Below the pieces are notes generated by a model, which did no database searches, was not told the origin of the DNA, and saw nothing but the letters and a program-made list of their open reading frames with translations. The position numbers were made by a program, and so were the translations under genes. Positions 30,623 through 44,180 of a stretch of 64,000 nucleotides of DNA are shown here, in pieces; positions within the stretch are counted from its first letter, which is position 1; each line of letters starts with the position of its first letter. Source of the DNA: Catajapyx aquilonaris (taxonomy: Eukaryota); the NCBI GenBank assembly GCA_000934665.2, contig JYFJ02000185.1, positions 62,001 through 126,000 on the forward strand. Direction: 5' to 3'.

Positions 30623-30689
30623 AACAAACAACAACAACATCACGACATTTCCCTCCTAGGGAAATGTCGTGATGTTGTTGTTGTTTGTT
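30623..30689. mobile_element. Perfect foldback insertion (32-bp arms, 3-nt loop) with a flanking direct repeat
   Basis: AACAAACAACAACAACATCACGACATTTCCCT-CCT-exact reverse complement. TTGTTACTCAGAA occurs at 30612-30624 and 30685-30697, giving a TSD of 10, 8 or 6 bp depending on where the ends are placed. Confidence 0.8.
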
Positions 30690-33600
30690 ACTCAGAAATG
30701 CAGCAGTTGGGAATAACACACCTGAACGACAAGTTCTAAGTGTGCTTTCTAGGAGAAAATAGTCGTGTCGTTCAAGTCGAGCAATCCTCTTCCTCAGCAC
30801 GGTTGTTTCCAATGAGGCAAAGGTGCGGTAGTTGGAAGCGAGAAGTAGGATTGGGGGGGAAGAGGGGCAGGAGGGAGTGGAAGTGGTAATCGAGAATTCC
30901 GCTCCTTTCTTTAATGTCACGTCCTATTGCCACTCTCGTCTACCCCGGCAGGAATTTAATTTTGGGAATGTGTATCAGGTCTCCCCCGGTAATCTGCACT
31001 TGACCTCTTTGAACAACCAATCCAAGTAATGGGCAGTCATCCCCCCACCCTCCTCTGCATCGATCAGACCAGGGGAGGCTGCAAATGATTGGATCTGTCA
31101 ATATGAGACCCAATCGGTGTGGCTGATTACTCATTACACAGGAAGGCCGAAATGTACATTTTCTGACCCTTACATTTTCGACTTGGTGGCTGCAATTTTT
31201 GAGTCGTCTTGCACACTCTTCTTGCGCTACACTGTATACACACGAACCCCAATGGGAGGATGCTGTTTATGATGGAAGCCTTTCCAGATGTTGCCAGGGC
31301 GCCTCAAAGGCACAAATGTGTTTCATGCCAAGTCGACAAGGAGCGAGACTCAAGCCTTGGCGAATATCAATGGTACCCCTCCCAAATCTCGCAGCCTCCT
31401 CTCCAAAATCGGTAAGCTGTTTTATGTAAACAAGAGGCTGGGTCCAGCATCAGTCAAGAGGTTATACTCTCAGAACCAGCAGCAGATGCGTCTCACACAC
31501 TGAAAACCCGGTGGAACTTGCGGGTAATTAGGATCCTTTGTAGGATTCGGAGCCCGCAATGACACCCCAAGTTTAGCAAGGCGAGGACTGGCTTTCACTC
31601 ACACTGCGAGATAAAGTGCGGCTTCACATCAGCAGGAAAACGCTGCAAACTGTTGACCCCATTCCTCACAACGAACGTGGGGGGGAGGGGGCATAACTAC
31701 CAAAGTTGTACCAAAGTCATGAAGAGCAGATGGCCAATCAGGAAAACTGGCGGAACATTCCTTCCGCAGCTTATGAGTTCAGGCCTTTTGACGGCTAATG
31801 TAAGGCAAAAGGAAGCGAGTGCGAATAACATTATTCTGGGTCTCCGGCTGGCGAGACCTGCTGGTGGTAGTGTTAGTTTGGGGGATGGTGAGGATGGGAG
31901 GGGGGTGGTGGTAAGGGCATTATTTCGGGCTGCGGTTCCAGCTGCGAGGGACATCTTCCACCAGACAGAATGGCCCCCGAATTGGGATGCTGCGCCCAGA
32001 GAGAAATAGGCCTCGCTCTCACCCAAATTTCTCCACTTCCGATCTGCACACGCACCAGAGATTTTTCACTGGGTGGAGGTTCGTTATGGCCCAACCGACC
32101 TTCCCTCCCCCCCAAAAATAGATGGTTGGATTTTCGGGATGTTCCTGTCTCGTAGCTGGTGGAGGATATTTTCCGGGTATTAATGACAGGCATATCACTT
32201 CCGCTAGTCTCCGGTGCAATTACAGGAGCGGATAGAATTTTTTTTACAGATCCAAGGACGAGCATTGAGTTCGCTCTGACATGACGGCGGATGCCACTTT
32301 TTATCTATAGTATTGGTTATCGCTTTTTTTTCTGGCCGAAAAAAATTTATCGAGAAGACAGTTTCTGCAGCTGTTGCCATTTTGTGTGGGCTTGAGAGGA
32401 ACATCTTGACATCTACACTCGAAGCTAAAAAGCAGTGTACTGGCATCGCCATGAAATTCTTCGCAACCACTGCTAGTGAGCAGGAAAACACTATAGCAAT
32501 AATTTGAAAATATTTTAACCGTTTTCAATTTGACGGAAAATATTATTTCTCTGTTCGCATGTTCGCATGGCAACATGTTCGCAATGGGAACATTTTCTCT
32601 GTGTACCTCTGTCACAAAAAAACGGGTTGTCGGCTGAACTACAGTGTGCCTACAAAGGATGAATAGCAGGGCCACAAAAAGTAAGGCCAACTGGAACTGT
32701 GCAATGCCCAGTCCCAGTTCCGGCACCCAAAAAAAGTATATCTTGTATAAGAGTTTGTGGAGCAAAAGGGGAGCTGCCTGCCTGCCTTGCCTTGCACGAT
32801 GGGAAACTTGGCCGGAAACTTCCCCGGCAATACCGATTGGCCGTACGTCAAAAGTCAAGTTGCGAGCGACTACCTTCTATTGATAGAACACCACCGACTA
32901 GGAAAGCAATTTGTGGGTACCTAAGCCGCCGGAAACTCATTACTTCCTGGCCACTTCCGCCGAAAAAAGTACCATAAATTGTGAAAGTTAGCTTCCGCCG
33001 CCATCATTTGTATACTCTGTAGAAAGCACTGAAACACACCAGGTGGTCTCCTATTTAGAAACAAAACGAGCGTTTTTAGCAAAAGTTTATCCTCAGACCT
33101 TCGTATTAAAGAGCTGAAGAGAGCCCCTTTTTCCTCGACTCTCTTTGAAGCATAGCGTAGCACCAGTGTTTGAATACTGTAGATTGTATTATTTCGACTG
33201 GAATAATTATTTTGTTTTGCTCCATTCATTTCAGGCATAATCGTGTGCCGCTGGCTAATTGTGCCTCAGCACAGTATGTACATTACGTCATTTTCCTTCT
33301 TTTACAGAATTATGTACAAGCAGTGGAGTGCATTGAAAAGATGAAATATTTTTTTGCATTCTTTTATATGAGAATTTTTTGCTGCTAAGTAGAATCTAGC
33401 CCACCACCATTTGCTGACTAGTAAACAAAAAAATGGAATGTTGTGCAACATCATCAGTTTCACATTATCATTTACATTAAATTAGTATTGCAGAGTATAA
33501 TATTTTATAATAGCAGGCGGTACCTCGCAAAGGCACACATAATATCCTGAAATATGTCACAGAGTGACATCTAACTGAGCGAATCAATACTATACACTAC

Positions 33601-35600
33601 AGAACATCGCTGTGCAATCGATGCTAAAGAAAGGAATTTATTTGAGACCAAAATCCTGACGACCCGAGTCATATTTTTTGTCGAAATTTAGTTAGAAACT
33701 CATTTTAATCTCCAGTCATTCTCTTATTATTTACCCTTAGCTTAGTCGTGACAACAATATATTGATGATATCATTTGGAGCCTCTAAAATATGAGGGTGT
33801 AATCCTTGATGGGCAGCTTCGGACTTCTTAGGCCACAGAAATTGCAGTTCACAATAGGAATGTTCCAAAAAAATTCATGAGGATAGTGCAACGTCGAATC
33901 TCCATACTGTATAATTCCAATGTGTCCTTCAGGTCTTTAATTTATGAGCATTGCGAATACTGCTCCAGAGTAATCTACTGGAAGGAAAACATATCAGTGA
34001 TGGACTCTTACTCGCTGCTTCCTCCAAATAGCTCTCAAATGAAAACAAAGCCTAACCTCATTGGCATTGAGAAGGTGCATTCCGGCAGATAAAGCAAAAG
34101 AGGAAGAGGAAAGAAGGGGGTGGAGCAGACGGGGGCCATGCGAAGAAAATCCGTCCAAATCTGGGTCCTTTTTCCTTCCCGCTCCCCAACCCAGCCCCCA
34201 TCTCGCTCCAAGTGTTTCTTTGGAGTCGGGCAATTACTGTAAATCTCGCCTGCAGCTCACCAAAAAGTTATGGGGTCGCCTTAGAGAAACAACAGGATGG
34301 TTTACGAGTTCGGCAACGGATTTATGGAGTTATGGTAACCGTTTCCAGAAGAAAAATGCCTGGGTTCACCAGAGGGGCCTCTAGGACGAATCGTAGAAGA
34401 AGAGAAAGAGAAAGAAAAAGAAAAAAGTAAATGGCCGTCATAGGCGGAGAGGAAAAGAGGATAAATTAGGGATCTAACTGGACTCCTTCGGCCTTCCGGG
34501 CTTATTCGCGGAACACTCTCGAAAACTGGGGGAGGACACAAAAAGCGATTATTTTGCCAAGTTGCACGACAAATCAGGGAGCAAATGACACGTGGGGACG
34601 ACCCTACAATAAACCAAGGAACAGGAAAATGGCTGTAATGGCGTGTAACACTCGTGGAGGGAAGCTGGAAGGAGGAAGAAGAAAAACACCGAGCTTACCA
34701 GACAGTGCAGATAACTCACCGAGAGCTGATGACTTTTTGTAATGAACTCTATGTGCCATACTGTACAAAAAAAACACCCCGCTCTTTTCCTGACTTCCAG
34801 TCTCTCATTGGCCTATATTCCCATCGGGAATGTAAATCCAGTGGTTGCAAAATATGGGAACAGCTGCTCTGCTATTGGGATAGCGTCGATCGGCACACCC
34901 TATTCATGCGGTATTTAGGGCTGATACCAAGTCCATGCGATGAGCTGGGAATAGCCAAACAGCTCGTCGGATTGGAGCACCCCCAGAGTCAAATGAGGGG
35001 CCAGCACCCTAGTGGTCCACTATACTCCGGGCCCTTATCTGCTGGCGATGGATAAGGCTAACCCTACTAATTGGGCTATACCAAAGTGTGCAGGCACTGG
35101 GGTCAGCAGGTCATATACTGTGAGTAGCATTTCTGATCACCAGTTTGCATTAATTTTTTTTAAAGTATACTAAGGTTTTACCATAATTTTCAGGAAATGT
35201 ATACAGACAGGTGAGGTTCAGTCGTTCGATCCATCATTTGAGACTACATTTTACAGATTTTAACAGGAACACGATCCTTTTACGCCCGTCAGAATTATTG
35301 AGCAAGGAAGTGCATATTGTGTGACGGGCACCAATTTGGCTTCAGATAAGAGGTCGAATGTCCAGGCGATGACGAAGTACGGAGCCCACCTTTTTTTTTT
35401 CTTCCTCCCAAGATAAGGGGGCTCGCGAGTGATGCCTCCTGCCCCGGAAAGGTTAAACTCTTACAATGTATTACCCACCCAGCACTTTCCGTTTTAGAAG
35501 ACTTTTAGAAAGGTGTGGGCGGGGCCGGACACATGACATGGGGCCCAACCCCCTCATCTAAACTTTTAGGCCATTTCCGCCCCCCCTTTAGAGGAAGAGC

Positions 35601-35603
<3 letters not shown>

Positions 35604-35633
<30 letters not shown>
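35604..35633. repeat. (TC)15 microsatellite
   Basis: Read directly. Confidence 0.95.
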
Positions 35634-35636
<3 letters not shown>

Positions 35637-37821
35637 TTTACCACCCTGACGCATTTTTGCTAGCAACCGACGGATTTAGCACGAGTCGACGTCAAATTCT
35701 CATCCGTCTGGCAGAAGCCAAGCGCTTCCTTTGTGCAGCAATCAGGGCTGCGATTTGACATTGATGAGCTTACCACCAGCGGAAAAGCCAGGATCCGAGA
35801 GAGAGAAGTGGCCTAATTAAATATGGGAGCCTGGCGTAATGAATCTCCCTTGCGCACCAAAACCCTTCTTGCCCGCAACGACGAAATGACCTCAAGTTTA
35901 GGGTTGTCTCTCCCACTTTCTGCCTCAAGCTCAACTCCTCAAGTAGCCACTTTGCTCTAGAATGAAAGCCGACCCCCTCTTCGCCTCAAGTCTGGAACGT
36001 TGCTTCCACAAGAATTACACACACACAAAAAGAAACTTTAACCCTCAGGCTAACCTTTTTTTTCGTAGTATGTGTGTGTCCTGCTCTTAACTGAGACTTT
36101 CCTGAGTAGTTCACTGCAAAACAAGCAGAACTTGTAGTTGAAAAGGAGGTTTTAAACAAGGAATTATTTGCACAAAATTATAATTATTGCCTACTCTATA
36201 GGAGTATCAAGAATCATATTGATGGATATGTGATAAATTATGTCACAAAAATACATTTTTAAATTTTTTGCAGACAGGTAGCAGTGCAGAAATAACGTTC
36301 TTACAAGTCATTAATTCTGTGTGTTTTTATGCTAGAGTTTGCTTTCGTTTGAATGGGGCCAACTTACTTTTCCTAAGCTTTTGCTCCGGCCTGTCAGCAA
36401 GCTAAGGCCTAAGTTGGCTGGAACCTTGGCGAAAAAGTGATGAACGATTTGCAACCGTTTTTCAGATGCAGAATTGCAGTTTGCTGATTTGGCGTCCGTG
36501 ACTCGGATTTCCGCTCAGTCCGAATATAAGGAGTCGAGAGACGCCAAACTAGGCGTGGAAAAGTTTCTCTCTTTTTTTAAAACCCCTTCCTCCGGTTTTT
36601 TAATACACCGTAAAGTCACGAGGCACCGATAAACTTTCCTTCTTCCATTCAAAAATCGGACTTCAAACACGTTACCCCAGACGTTGTCATTCGGCAATTG
36701 CGGCGCTTCGCTACAACGATATTGACGCTATATAAAAGTTTTTCATTTCTTTATTCCGGGGGACTACACCAGGAAAAAAATAGCCGTTTTCTACACAAGA
36801 ATGGCTGTTACAAGCACTTCTAGAGTGACCTATAAAGTTCAGCGAAAGTCCTCGCCGCTTATGGCTACAACTTTTTTTTGTGTACCCTAAGTTTCTGCTA
36901 GATATAAAGAGTTAAATTGCATTGTACTGCATTACCAATATTATGTTTTAATTTTTTTGCATTTGAAATATGTAAGACCCGCAGCACTTTTGACTGCCCC
37001 GCTAATTGCGAGTGACCCAAGTCAAAACCTCCATTCAGTAAAAATTCTTCATTGGAAAATATCCAAATTTGCAAGCCTTTCTTCAAACTTCTATCTCCGC
37101 ATGCACTTGGCTTCCTAGCTTGGCAAACCCAAACAGCCTTTCAAATATCTTTAAACCGAGGGAGATTCGTCAACCATGAAGTTAAAGGATGCAGCTCGTT
37201 AGGCGAAATAGGGACTCGCCGACCGACCTCGTTACTTATTTGTCGAACATAAAGAGGGCAAAAAAGTGTGGCAAATTTAGTTACGCGTCGTTCCAATGGG
37301 CATCTTACGGAAGAACTTCCTAATTACTGCCATCTTTAAAAAAAAATGTCGTTCTATACTTGTGTCTTCCAGCATCCTGCACTAAACTTTGCGAGGAAAA
37401 AATATATATTGCCACTTCCTCAGCAAACCCCTGCCACATTATCGATAATCAATACGAATGTTGATGTTGCAAAAAAACCTGAATAATTCATAAACTATTC
37501 GCGATAGTTAGTCTTCTTTCAGTGAATGCACCTACCTGTGGTTTCGAGGAAATCTGATTTTATTTTCGGGATTTTCACTTTCGGACCTGGGTGGTTCTGG
37601 ACAGGGTAATTCATAAAGTTTGGGTTCCATCAGGCGCCAAAGTGGACAGGACGTCGTCACCAAGCCTACATAAACCGGGACCTATATTATATGCTTCTCT
37701 CCTCAAAACTCCTTATGAGTCCAGTCAGGCGGTGTGGAGCAAGTACTCCGGGACCATTTGAACCAAGGAGATTGCTTTCTATTCAGCTCTAGCTATTCCT
37801 CTTTCCAGGATCCAGAGGGAA

Positions 37822-37840
37822 AGAGAGAGAGAGAGAGAGA
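37822..37840. repeat. (AG)9 microsatellite
   Basis: Read directly. Confidence 0.9.
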
Positions 37841-40800
37841 TGGAGCTGGAGAAGGAAAGGAGGGAGACTGCATAGAGTTGTAGGAGTGCAATGAAACGAA
37901 TCATTGCAATATATTAGCACCGTTTCGTCATTGTTCGGTTCTTAATTACAGGTTCTGAATTTTAATGCAAAAATGAGTCTGTGGGAATGAAAACTTATTA
38001 GTCCAATATTATCCTAGTAGTTCAGTTTCACGCGCATAAATTATTGAGTCCAATATGGACATATACATTAATGTACAGTAGCTGTATGTAGCATACTGTA
38101 CCAGTACAGTTGTGCAGTTTTAAAGCCGAAAGGCAGTCCTTTGCGCGCCAAAGGCTCCATTAGTTTATGCTAAAACGCGAATTGTTTTGGTCAATATAAT
38201 AATGACAGTTGACCTGCTTTTGGTTAGCCATTTATTTGCATAAATATTTAAGTTTTTTCGGTTCATACAGCCTGGGACTGAGGCCATTAGCAATCAGTGC
38301 GCATTGTGTTGGGAGGATTGGTCGACTTTAGCGACTGATTTTATTTAATCACCTGGCATGGACATGAGGGAATATTGACATTTAGACTTGCTGTGCATTT
38401 CCGTTTTCTGCTTGGTTAGCGTTCGCCCTCGGGGCGCCGTTTATTTGCTGGCCTGCAATTAAACCAATTCCACAGCAGGTATATAAAATGTATTCATAAT
38501 TGGGTGCCCTGGCCTCGGGCTCAAAAGCAGTGCGATAAATGGACGAAGTTGAAAAGGTTGCTGATAGAGAAATTGAGCGCATTACTGCCCGCATAATAAA
38601 TAAGTAGGTCATTCTTGCCATATGCAAAAAATGTGCATTGTTCGATGATAATGGCTGGAATACATTTATTCCAGAATCCACTTTGAAGTAGCGCATCAGA
38701 TATTTCATAGTTATAAAAACGAGGTAAATTTTTTTTATTAAGCTTTCAAAATGTGTGAGATGTGTGCAATGCACCATTTTTATATTCTATAAATGTTTGT
38801 AAATCTGATTAAGAGCACTGAGGCATGATGTAAAATTAGTTCCACAACTGAGTAGCCGTCTATATAGCACTATTTTTTCTCTCGATGAATATTTTTTTTA
38901 AATACGTATCGTATATTCCACCCTCGGGCTAGTCACAGAATTATAAGTTACTTGTTGCATGTCTTTCTAACAGCATTCAGTATGCACCCAGGTTTGGTAC
39001 TTACTTATTAGATGTCATTTCCTGTCTTGCCAAAACATAATAGTGACCTAGTCTTAATTACTTAACTGCCTACTTTCCGCTTGAAACTCGAGCAAATATT
39101 TTTTCCCGGCAGTTTTACTGCAGGTATATTTGCTCTCTGCCCGCGTTATGTGCATTGTTGGTTCACTTGGAGTGTCTCGCTCTCTTGCATCAAGTGTTAA
39201 ACCTGATGCGTATACACTTCCGCGTCCAAGGCACAATGAAATTATAATGTAGGCTTACAGTATACCGTACGTAGCTACATCAACTGAGAGTAGGGTAAGG
39301 CCACGGGTAGGTATACATGAAACGACAGTACTTCAGCGACAATGACAAGAGAAAATTTACTATGCACTATACCAAAATAATATTTAAAATCATTTAGATC
39401 GCTCAATGTGAAGTATCTTGACAAACAGAGCCAGGGTTCAGAGATCCAGAAGGTCAAGCCAATGTCGCTTCCCCTGACATGGTGAGTCTGATGCTGCAGA
39501 GGGAGAGAGAAAACCATCTCTAGCCCCCCCATCCTGTCATCCTCCTTTCTACTTCACTGCTTCCTCATACTGCCATCTGATCCCCTGCAGGCGCCCCCCC
39601 CCCTCCCGACCTCAGAGTCACAATGGAAATTGGAGGGATTCTTTTCAGTCACTCCCAACCGATCAGGTGAAAGTCGGACTATCTCTCACAAACCGGCTGT
39701 CTCATCTAATTCGATCCACTCTTCTTTATATATCCCACCTCCCATTCTCCTTTTTTTTTGTCCCCAATAGAGGGATAAAGAGCACACTGATTAAACCACA
39801 TTAATGGGTGTGCCTATCTGCGTCACACGTGCTGACCTGCACTGCGGCGATGGGTAATCAAAATTAGCAAACAGTTTTTTTTTTAAATCACGCCCTCTAA
39901 ATTAGGTGGGACAGGCCGATATAAAATAGGGGCGGTGCAATTCCTTCAGTTAAATTATTTTCCCATCACGTTCATGCATTTATAAAGTACGAGTACGGTG
40001 CTCTGGGCACTGTTGCAGGTGTTAATTAGCGTGTATGTACTGTACAGTACTGTACACAAAACATTTTTCATATTTTTATGAGCTAACTTTAGTTCACAGT
40101 GCAACACAATAAAATAATTATTAGTTAATAATGTAATAGTCCAAATTTTGCATTAACTTCACCAATTGGCTCTTCACAGAAATGATAAGAAAATGAAGCC
40201 TTTTGGTGACGTCAACGCCCAAGTTCTTATAAATCAAACACTGAATTGTGCGATTAGATGTAACATGACTAACAGAGAGAGAAACACTACATCTGAAAAT
40301 TAAAAAGTGGTTTGTAAAGAGACATCCATTTCATGAGGGTCTCGTATGAACTCTGATATATCACAGTTAGGTGTTTGGAAAGTGTGGCAAACCATTTTCC
40401 AGCAGTTTATTTCCCAACAGCCGCCAGTCTTAATTTAAATTCCGGGCATAACTAGGAGGAAATGTGGCTATAGTTCCATAAAAATGTCGTGGTCTTCCCT
40501 GGAAGGTGACAAGTCCCTGAGGCTCGGTTAGTTTGTAAGACGCTGATGAACGCCCGGAAGCGACCCAAGTCCCCGAAGACTCCTGTCCGCAAACTAGCTG
40601 CAAACAGCCTCCCAGACACCTACCAACTATACTATCTGAAGGTGAAATCCTGAACAATCGTGTTTGCACCTCTCCCGTCGGGAAGGTGCAAAACGCCTTG
40701 GCTTGAAAAGCTGGTTAAGACTTTTAAAAATCACTGCAGATTGTGTTTCTTTCAGTTCGAGTTATTTTACATATCCGAAGCGAGAATGAATCGTTAAAAA

Positions 40801-42474
40801 TTAACTAGCATACATTACAGGAATTTAGAACTTTTGTACATATACGCCTTTGTTACTCTTTAAATCTGTTGCACTAAACTGTGTGATTCCCTTCACAAAC
40901 TGCAGGTATCCCAAGAACGGTATGTTCATTACATTTCATAATTAATTAAATAAAATCTGTAGAATGGCAAAGAAACGCCGCGTCGCTTATATTTATTTAA
41001 GTGACGTCCACTTGAGGGAAAAATTCGCAATTTGTCTTATGATGGTACCACAACTATCATGAAGTATAGTTTAAAAGTCCATATACACGCTTGACTTGTT
41101 TTGAGAGTCCCTTTTCGCGCTCTACACACTGCGCGTGTGTTACCGGGCCACATTCAATTGCTAATTACTCGAAAATGCTTGAGCAGTGAATCTTGTGACC
41201 TTCATATATTCATGCGTGTCCTACCATTGACCAGCCACGTAATTGTTGGCCCGGCCTGTGACATGGAAGTACTGATGGTTTTCTTGTGAGTTTTAATATG
41301 TGTATCTTATTATGTTGGTCACGGTAGGCTACACTGTATTATGACGTGGACGATGTGGAGAAGCACAGTGTACCACAAACTCACTGCTTATTAAGTGAGC
41401 ACAAAGCAACGAGACTCTGTATGATTAACATAGCTCCCTACATTAAGTTAATTATATCATACGCATGAGGCATACTACACTTTTCTCATTCGGTTGAATA
41501 CACGTATAGGTAGCTGCATTCATGTAGTACTCGTTAAATTAATTTTGCCTGTGTGTGAAGGATAAACACGTTTATTTATTATTTATACTTTTATACGTAG
41601 CATTTGAGGTCAGGCGGTATATTTGTACTTGAATGTTTATCTAGGGCGTTGTTCCAGCACTTGTATCAAACAATTCCACTGCAGTTTTTTATCAACTCCG
41701 GTCATGCCTCATCCGGTATGATTGACTACCACTGAACTTAATGTTCAAGCTAGAAGTCCTTGGAAGAAATACCCCTCGTCAGTATTCTGTTCAAGCGCCC
41801 CCCCCCCCTGCCCCTGCAACCACCCGCTTCATGTCACCATCCATCCCTTGGAGACAAACTAGGCCTATATCCCCCCTTCCCCATTTCCTATCTTCCCCAC
41901 ATCAATAGCTACCAAGGAAGCCAACTCTCTCTCTCTGGGAACATGTAACTGCTTTTTCCTTTAAAAAGACAAAACAGCAGCCTGGAGGTGGGGGTCCACC
42001 TCCTCGATTAACATCCACCACAAAAACGGTCATTTCGCTGTCTTCAGGGGATATATCGGACTGAACACATGCAATGTCTCTAGAGGGTTTCTCTCAAAAC
42101 AGGTTCAATGATCAGACAGATCTCTCCCCTCCTCCTCCTCCTCCTCTCCACCCCTCAACTTCAATTGCTCTCCAAGGAAGCAGAAAGAAAAGAAAAGAGA
42201 CAAAGACGAGGATCAAGGCAAATGGGGACCTGGCGGCTCCCAGCTCGCTCAATTCCTGGAAAATTAAGTCACTGTCTCAGCAAATTTTATTTATTCCCCG
42301 GTGCTCTTTTCCAGCCTCCGGGTTTGGGGGCGCACCCCTCGAGGCTTTGATCGAAGCATGCAAACGCTATACAAACTGCCTCCTCGTGTTTTTCCTGGCA
42401 CAGAACAAGCTTCCAGTACAACGGAGTCCTTAGTGTGCTGCTCTTTCTCCATTTAAATAAGCATGACGCCTAGG

Positions 42475-42501
42475 TACAGGGTGAGTCTGACTCACCCTGT
42501 A
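42475..42501. mobile_element. 27-bp perfect palindrome read as TA + 23-bp Tc1-like mini-element + TA
   Basis: TACAGGGTGAGTC-T-GACTCACCCTGTA; TA|CAGGGTG is a common Tc1/mariner terminus. Confidence 0.6.
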
Positions 42502-44119
42502 ACGCCGGCACAACACTGCCACGTGCCGACCCCTCGAAACAAAGATTCTCCCCCCGAAGAAGAAGAAGAAGAAAAACTTGTTGCTGTGATGACGGACCCC
42601 TCCAGAGAAATAGTGTGGAAGAAGGCTTTTTGTCCAACGAGATTGGAGTGGGCATGGAACGGACAGTAGTTTCCGAGTTCTTCTTCTTCTCCTGGCGAGA
42701 GCCCCGAGGGAGCAGTGGAGATGCCTCGGCACGTCTTCTTCAGCTTCTTCCTTCAGATTGTGGTGTGCTCATTGCCGAGAAGGAGAATCGCAAGGGCGTA
42801 GCCAGAACCGACTCCCGTGCACATAGATATAGCGGATGTAATCAATCACATCATAACTGATATCGATCTTCCCTCCGCACTGTAAAATACCGGGGCGAAA
42901 TTTAATCAACGCACGACCTCTATTGCATAATTGTAATAAGTTATTACCGGGCATATAAGCGTCAGTAAAACAGCAGGGTATATTAAACAGGATGATGGTT
43001 GACCGTTATTTCCAAAATAGCTAATTAAAAGTCTGCAAATCATGTAATGCGCAATCACTAACTCAGTCAGCACTGCAAATATTACCCAGCCTGGAAAACA
43101 CTAGTGTTTGATGTCAATCTGCAGAGCTTGTAAAATGGTCCCAACATTTTGGTAGCTCCAATATGAATATAAATATGATCCAGTTGGTTTAAATAGACTT
43201 CTTGCCCCCAAAAAAACCGAGCTAGATCGCTACGTCTACAGTACCCACAGCATAACTCTCAAAAAGTAGTCGGAAACTCCAGACACCCTAAGCGCCACAT
43301 GTATTTGTATCAGAGACAGGCGCTCTCAAGTGAGCACCTCCCGCAAAACGCCCCGTCAGGCGATAAGAGGGAGTGACCAGACCTAAGGATTCTAAGGCCA
43401 TGCATGTGGTTGTCGTCGTCGGTTTCGGACAGACCCTGAAATGTGATCAGGAAGTGACGTAAAGAGGACGCATCGAGCTGAAAATCAAGGAAGAGTAGAG
43501 TGGGTTTGATGGGAGGTTGGGGAAAGGGGGGCGCGTTTGACGGTGAGCTGCGTTTGTTGTCTCTTGGGGCGGTGAGTGGAGAGGGTTTGATTAGCGGTTT
43601 ACTTTCGCCAGGAAATTAACTGCAACTGCTGATGGGAGGGGCCTGGGCTTGTTTCGCTGTAAACCAAATCGAGTGGTGGCAAAGGTTTCGGCCCCTGCTT
43701 CGTTCATTCCCCCCTCCCCTCAGGGTAGGGGGGAGGAGGAGTGAGGAATCGGGTGATTAGCTCTCCTCCCCCGCACCAACAAACGCTCATTGTTTTCCTG
43801 CTGGGTTGGTTGCCTGCCCTTTCCACGCACCAGGTATACGGAAAACACTTCATTTGGGATGGGAGTGTAGGGTACTTACGTGTACAGAGTGTTCCAGTTG
43901 AGGCTACCGGTTCAAACACTTTTGTCATTTATCATGTTAGGTGCTAATATTAGACCGAATTGGGTACTGGCTAGTCGCCAGGATTCCACTAGCATATAGT
44001 CATGATTGCGACAAGCCTGCAGAGTTGCAGTCCTGGAGGTTCATTACACCTCAGTCATGACGTTAATTATGAACGTGGGTGGATACCTTGAGAACCCTGA
44101 ACACATAAATAAGTCAAAT

Positions 44120-44121
<2 letters not shown>

Positions 44122-44176
<55 letters not shown>
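44122..44176. repeat. (CT)27 microsatellite
   Basis: Read directly. Confidence 0.97.

Positions 44177-44180
<4 letters not shown>

Noticed and set aside
13056..34847. Exact 16-mer GTAAATCCAGTGGTTG present twice
   Set aside because: About one such match is expected by chance and the flanks do not align.
42030..42050. Minus-strand CTGAAGA-CAGC-GAAA minimal hammerhead-like core
   Set aside because: Stem II cannot close, and I found no compatible stems I/III with an NUH cleavage site.
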